Positions 59,978-64,000 of a stretch of 64,000 nucleotides of DNA are shown here, piece after piece. Below the pieces are notes generated by a model. That model was not told the DNA's origin. It searched no databases and was given only the letters and a program-made list of their open reading frames with translations. The stretch is from Limosilactobacillus sp. GTDB taxonomy: Bacteria; Bacillota; Bacilli; Lactobacillales; Lactobacillaceae. The position numbers were made by a program, and so were the translations under genes. The stretch spans positions 2,034,176 to 2,098,175 of the forward strand of contig NZ_JAKVPE010000001.1 in the NCBI RefSeq assembly GCF_022482365.1, written 5' to 3'. Within the stretch, counting starts at the first letter, position 1; the number at the start of each line of letters is the position of its first letter.

Positions 59978-62333
59978 AGCAGATTTAGCAGAACAGATAT
60001 TAAAATATTTACGCGACAACGCGGGGGTGAGCTACTCCGCCGAGCGGATCGCCTACCACTTTGGGATGGACAATGGCGACCAGTTCACGCCGGTGGTCCA
60101 GACGTTGGCAAAGCTGGAACGGGAGAAGAAGGTCCAGGTTACCGACCGGGGCGAGTTTGAGGCCATCATTAAGCAGGAGCCATTGGTCGGCACCTTCCAC
60201 GGCAACGACAAGGGCTTTGGCTTTGTTGACTATGATCCGGACCTGCCGGACATGTACATCAATCCCGACCACACCATGCACGCCCTAAACGGCGACCAGG
60301 TGGCAGTCAAGGTCCTGCGGCCGGGCAAGCCGGGCAGCGACCAGGGGCCCGAGGGTCAGGTCACCGAGATCGTTGAGCACAATTACGAGCGGGTCGTCGG
60401 CGAATTCAAGCAGGAGACCATCGGCAACTACATCGGTGAGATCCTGCTCAAGGACAAGAAGCTCAACACCTACCGCTTCTTCGTTTCCGACCAGGGCCTG
60501 AAGCCGCTGGATGGTCAAGTGGTTACGGCGACCGTCGCCACCTACCCGGACGACGAATCCCCGAAGATCCTGACCGGGGCGGTTACCGAGGTCATCGGTG
60601 ACAAGGACGAGCCCGGCATCGACATCATGTCGGTCATCTACGCCCACGACGTTCCCCACGAATTTCCGCAGGAGGCGATCGACCAGGCCAACAAGATCCC
60701 AATGCACGTCCTGCCGGAAGAACGGAAAGGGCGCAAGGACATCACCGATCAGCCGCTGGTTACGATCGATGCCATTGAATCCAAGGACTTGGATGACGCT
60801 GTCGTTGCCTGGAAGATGGACAATGATCACTACCACCTGGGGGTCCACATTGCCGACGTCAGCCACTACGTCAAGCCGGGAACGCCGCTGGACAAGGAGG
60901 CCTTCAAGCGGGGGACCTCGGTTTACCTGACCGACCGAGTAGTTCCAATGCTGCCGAAGCGCCTGTCAAATGGGATTTGCTCCCTGAACCCGGGCGAGGA
61001 CCGGCTGGCAATGAGTTGTGAGATGGAAATCGACGAAAACGGGAAGATCGTTAACCATAAGATTTTCCCAAGCGTGATGCGTTCCCACGCCCGGATGACC
61101 TACAAGGCGGTCAACCGGATCCTCGAGGCTCACGACCAGAAGACGATTGACGAGTACAAGGACCTCGTCCCGATGTTTGAAACGATGGGTGAACTCCATC
61201 GGATCCTGCTGAAGAACCGGCACCGTCGCGGGGCAATCGACTTTGATGCACCGGAGGCCAAGATCATCGTTGACGACAAGGGTCACACGATTGACATCCA
61301 ATTGCGGGAACGGGGCCTGGCCGAGCGGATGATTGAGTCATTTATGCTGGCGGCCAATGAAACCGTTGCCGAGCACTACTTCAAGGAGAAGGTGCCCTTC
61401 CTCTACCGGATTCACGAAAAGCCGGATGAGGACCGGATCAAGTCCTTCGTTGACTTCCTGAGCGTCTTTGGGATCACCGTCCACGGTGATGTTCACAACG
61501 TTAAGCCGAAGATGCTGCAGAACGTTCTGAAGCAGGTTGCGGGCAAGCCCGAGGAACAGATGGTTCAGGTCATGATGCTGCGGAGTATGCAGCAGGCCAA
61601 GTACTCCGACGAAGAGGTCGGGCACTTCGGTCTGGGTGCCCCGTACTACACCCACTTCACCTCACCGATTCGGCGTTATCCTGACGACACGGTGCACCGC
61701 CTGATCAAGTGGTACCACGAGCACGGCAAGGGTGAAAAGGCCAAGGCTCACTGGCGCGACAAGCTGCCGGTAATCGCCGAGCACACCTCGGTCACCGAAC
61801 GACGGGGCATTGACACCGAGCGGGACGTCGACAGCATGAAGAAGGCAGAGTACATGGAGGATCACATTGGCGAAACCTTTGACGCCGTGGTCAGCTCCGT
61901 GATGAAGTTCGGCCTCTTCGTTGAATTGCCAAACACCGTCGAGGGCCTGATCCATATCAGCGTGATGGATGACGATTACTACGAATACTCCGAAAAGCAC
62001 ATGGCCCTGATCGGCCGCAAGACCCACCGGATTTTCCAGATCGGCCAGCCAATCCAGGTCAAGCTGATCCGGGTAGATAAGGACCTGCGCGAGGTCGACT
62101 TCAAGCTGGTTCACCCGGAAAACACGCCAACCACTAAAATTCGGATCCCGCATGATGATCACCGCGGCGGTCGGCGGCGTGGTGGCAATAACCGCGGCCA
62201 CAATAATAATCGTCGTGACGGCGGGGCCCACAACGGTCACGTCAACAACCGGCAGATCAACCGGGGCCAAAGTCGCCACCACAATAACTCCCGGGATCAC
62301 CACCAGGAGGGACGGCGGAACCGGCGTCACTAA
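59967..62333 (+). CDS. rnr: Ribonuclease R
   Basis: The start was moved to MNNKADLAEQIL (ATG 59967, overlapping the est stop). It has cold-shock-like domains, an RNB domain (DLDDAV, HFGL...YTHFTSPIRRYPD), an S1 domain and a basic R/G/N/H-rich tail. Confidence 0.95.
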   Translation: MNNKADLAEQILKYLRDNAGVSYSAERIAYHFGMDNGDQFTPVVQTLAKLEREKKVQVTDRGEFEAIIKQEPLVGTFHGNDKGFGFVDYDPDLPDMYINPDHTMHALNGDQVAVKVLRPGKPGSDQGPEGQVTEIVEHNYERVVGEFKQETIGNYIGEILLKDKKLNTYRFFVSDQGLKPLDGQVVTATVATYPDDESPKILTGAVTEVIGDKDEPGIDIMSVIYAHDVPHEFPQEAIDQANKIPMHVLPEERKGRKDITDQPLVTIDAIESKDLDDAVVAWKMDNDHYHLGVHIADVSHYVKPGTPLDKEAFKRGTSVYLTDRVVPMLPKRLSNGICSLNPGEDRLAMSCEMEIDENGKIVNHKIFPSVMRSHARMTYKAVNRILEAHDQKTIDEYKDLVPMFETMGELHRILLKNRHRRGAIDFDAPEAKIIVDDKGHTIDIQLRERGLAERMIESFMLAANETVAEHYFKEKVPFLYRIHEKPDEDRIKSFVDFLSVFGITVHGDVHNVKPKMLQNVLKQVAGKPEEQMVQVMMLRSMQQAKYSDEEVGHFGLGAPYYTHFTSPIRRYPDDTVHRLIKWYHEHGKGEKAKAHWRDKLPVIAEHTSVTERRGIDTERDVDSMKKAEYMEDHIGETFDAVVSSVMKFGLFVELPNTVEGLIHISVMDDDYYEYSEKHMALIGRKTHRIFQIGQPIQVKLIRVDKDLREVDFKLVHPENTPTTKIRIPHDDHRGGRRRGGNNRGHNNNRRDGGAHNGHVNNRQINRGQSRHHNNSRDHHQEGRRNRRH

Positions 62334-62350
62334 AATAATGGAGGGATAAA

Positions 62351-62824
62351 ATGGCAAAGAAATCCCAACAAAAGAACAACGATAATTTAATTGCCCAAAA
62401 TAAAAAGGCCCGCCACGATTACTTCGTGACGGACACCTACGAGGCGGGACTGGTGCTGACCGGGACCGAGATCAAGTCGGTCCGGGCGCACCGGGTCAAC
62501 CTCAAGGATGGTTTTGCTCAGGTCAGGAATGGCGAGGCCTGGCTGATGAACGTTCACATCAGCGAGTACGACAACGGGACCTACTTCAACCAGGACCCGT
62601 TGCGCAATCGCAAGCTGCTCCTGCACAAAAAGGAGATTCACAAGCTGACCGGTGAGCTGCAGAACAAGGGGGTTACCCTGGTTCCGCTGAAGATGTACAT
62701 CAAGCACGGCTACGCCAAAGTCCTACTGGGGGTTGCCAAGGGGAAGCACCAGTACGACAAGCGCGAGGACATCAAGCGCCGCGAGCAGAACCGTGAGATC
62801 GAACGGGTAATGAAACATTATTAA
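62351..62824 (+). CDS. smpB: SsrA-binding protein SmpB
   Basis: 157 aa with [12 protein letters not shown] and LLLHKKEI motifs. Confidence 0.97.
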   Translation: MAKKSQQKNNDNLIAQNKKARHDYFVTDTYEAGLVLTGTEIKSVRAHRVNLKDGFAQVRNGEAWLMNVHISEYDNGTYFNQDPLRNRKLLLHKKEIHKLTGELQNKGVTLVPLKMYIKHGYAKVLLGVAKGKHQYDKREDIKRREQNREIERVMKHY

Positions 62825-62837
62825 TTAAGGACAAATC

Positions 62838-62875
62838 AAAAAAGGATCAAGCACGAAAAATGCTTGATCCTTTTG
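62838..62875. terminator. Bidirectional terminator between smpB (+) and the yxjI-like gene (-)
   Basis: 13-bp stem AAAGGATCAAGCA/TGCTTGATCCTTT with A and T runs on either side. Confidence 0.8.
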
Positions 62876-62877
62876 CT

Positions 62878-63447
62878 TTAATATAAAACGTCCGAATGGC
62901 TTCGCCGCAGGGTGATACCCATGCCGAGATCACCGCACGTTTGCGGGTTGCGGAAACGGAGCCGACCGGGTTCACGCTGCCCACGGCGGGCCCAGTGGTC
63001 GAGAACGCTGGCGACGAGGATCGCCAGCGGCTCCTCCTCCTGGTGCTCAATCGTTAGCTCATGGTAGTAATTAGAGGTTAGTTCGACGGGTTGGATGGAG
63101 AAGACCTTGTGACCCCCCTGGAAGACCCGGTAGCGACCGGCGAGTGGCGAGCCAACGATGATCCAATTGAGGCCCCGAATGTAGATCACCTGGCGAACAA
63201 AGCCGAGGGACTTGCCGACGGTACCGACCTTTTCCCGGTTAACGTAGAGGGAGAACTTGGGAAGGAGACCGAGCGACTGCTGCTTGACCTCGGCGAGCAA
63301 TTCTCCGTTAATGGCATAAAGGGAGAGGACGTCGAGGCGCATCCCCCACTTACCAACCAGCAGGTAGCACGACCGTCCCTGGTGGTCGCGGATGACGGTC
63401 GTGCCGTGGAGATCCGTGGCGTGATCACGAAGATAAAGTTTGCGCAT
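62878..63447 (-). CDS. LURP-one-related / YxjI-like (tubby C-terminal-like fold) protein
   Basis: The start was moved to MRKLYLRDHATDLHGTTVIRD. The repetitive beta-strand pattern and size resemble the YxjI family. The assignment is from memory of the family and is tentative. Confidence 0.55.
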   Translation of the reverse strand: MRKLYLRDHATDLHGTTVIRDHQGRSCYLLVGKWGMRLDVLSLYAINGELLAEVKQQSLGLLPKFSLYVNREKVGTVGKSLGFVRQVIYIRGLNWIIVGSPLAGRYRVFQGGHKVFSIQPVELTSNYYHELTIEHQEEEPLAILVASVLDHWARRGQREPGRLRFRNPQTCGDLGMGITLRRSHSDVLY

Positions 63448-63582
63448 AATTTCACCACCATTCTGCCTATTCAATAACATTTTACCAGTTTATTGAAGAA
63501 ATGCCTACTAACAAAGCGTTTTCATTTTGGTGAGCAGAGCCTTAACAGATATGCTAAAATAGGAAACGAGGTGCTGATAGTC

Positions 63583-64000
63583 ATGAAACAACTAATTCAT
63601 AATGACTGGTGGGGTGTTCTAGAACCACAGTTTGAGAGTGCATATTATGCGCAGCTACGCCAGTTCCTGAAGGAAGAATATTCGCATTACACGGTTTATC
63701 CGGAGATGCACCACATCTTTGAGGCCTTCGAGTGGACGCCGTTTCATAAGGTTAAGGTCGTTATTCTCGGCCAAGATCCTTATCATGGTCCCCACCAGGC
63801 CCACGGCTGCAGCTTTTCAGTGCTGCCCGGGGTACCGGTGCCGCCGTCTTTGCAGAATATTTATAAGGAATTGCAGAGCGATGTTGGCTGCACGCCCGTT
63901 AACCACGGCTACCTGAAGAAGTGGGCTGACCAGGGAGTGCTGCTTTTGAACTCGGTTCTGACGGTCCGCGATGGCCAGGCCTTTTCCCATAAGGGTCACG
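63583..64000 (+). CDS. ung: Uracil-DNA glycosylase (family 1), N-terminal part; continues past the window end
   Basis: Translation from the ATG at 63583 gives [17 protein letters not shown]...[17 protein letters not shown]...[11 protein letters not shown], which includes the GQDPYH catalytic water-activating loop. No stop lies in the window, so it is absent from the ORF track. Confidence 0.9.
   Translation, partial: MKQLIHNDWWGVLEPQFESAYYAQLRQFLKEEYSHYTVYPEMHHIFEAFEWTPFHKVKVVILGQDPYHGPHQAHGCSFSVLPGVPVPPSLQNIYKELQSDVGCTPVNHGYLKKWADQGVLLLNSVLTVRDGQAFSHKGH

Noticed and set aside
62825-62880. tmRNA (ssrA) gene expected downstream of smpB
   Set aside because: The interval is only about 55 nt and is fully accounted for by a bidirectional terminator hairpin. 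There is no tRNA-like acceptor/T-arm or tag reading frame here or in 63448-63582.

Overview
This is a chromosomal segment of a moderately GC-rich Lactobacillaceae genome. Gene order and protein sequences resemble a heterofermentative, Limosilactobacillus fermentum-like organism; that call is inference only. Most of the window is + strand housekeeping DNA in classic Firmicute synteny: an ABC-F ATPase (partial), rex, groES-groEL, two permeases, yigZ, comFA-comFC, hpf-secA-prfB (programmed +1 frameshift), pspC/yvlD-like genes, hprK-lgt-gpsA, galU, trxB and pgm. After the island come uvrB-uvrA, a DUF523 gene, rapZ-yvcK-whiA, clpP, an SDR plus TetR pair, tRNA-Arg(CCG), gap-pgk-tpiA-eno, ptsI, an amino-acid permease, a ClC channel, secG-est-rnr-smpB, a yxjI-like gene and ung (partial). 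Between pgm and uvrB (about 22.47-36.45 kb) lies an accessory island, a remnant accessory Sec (aSec/SecA2-SecY2) glycoprotein-export locus. It holds two GT2 genes, a tandem pair of Gtf3/GtfC-like glycosyltransferases (the upstream one degenerate), a frameshifted GT8 gene, intact secY2-asp1-asp2-asp3 and a secA2 cut off after codon 191. No gtfA/gtfB is present. An AT-richer segment follows, carrying an LPXTG adhesin with a KxYKxGKxW signal peptide and 13 near-perfect 36-bp repeats. The most unusual non-coding signal is a 160-nt multi-hairpin intergenic element present twice (36455-36614 and 55588-55747). The copies are 146/160 identical, and their differences are compensatory or wobble-preserving in the predicted helices. 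Other notable points are a frameshifted KimA-like K+ transporter, two RBS- and terminator-flanked small ORFs below the 60-aa ORF cutoff, CtsR/CIRCE/Rex operator sites and a G10 tract. I recognised no CRISPR array, rRNA, transposase, integrase or prophage genes. All calls come from reading the sequence and ORF translations; no database search was run.
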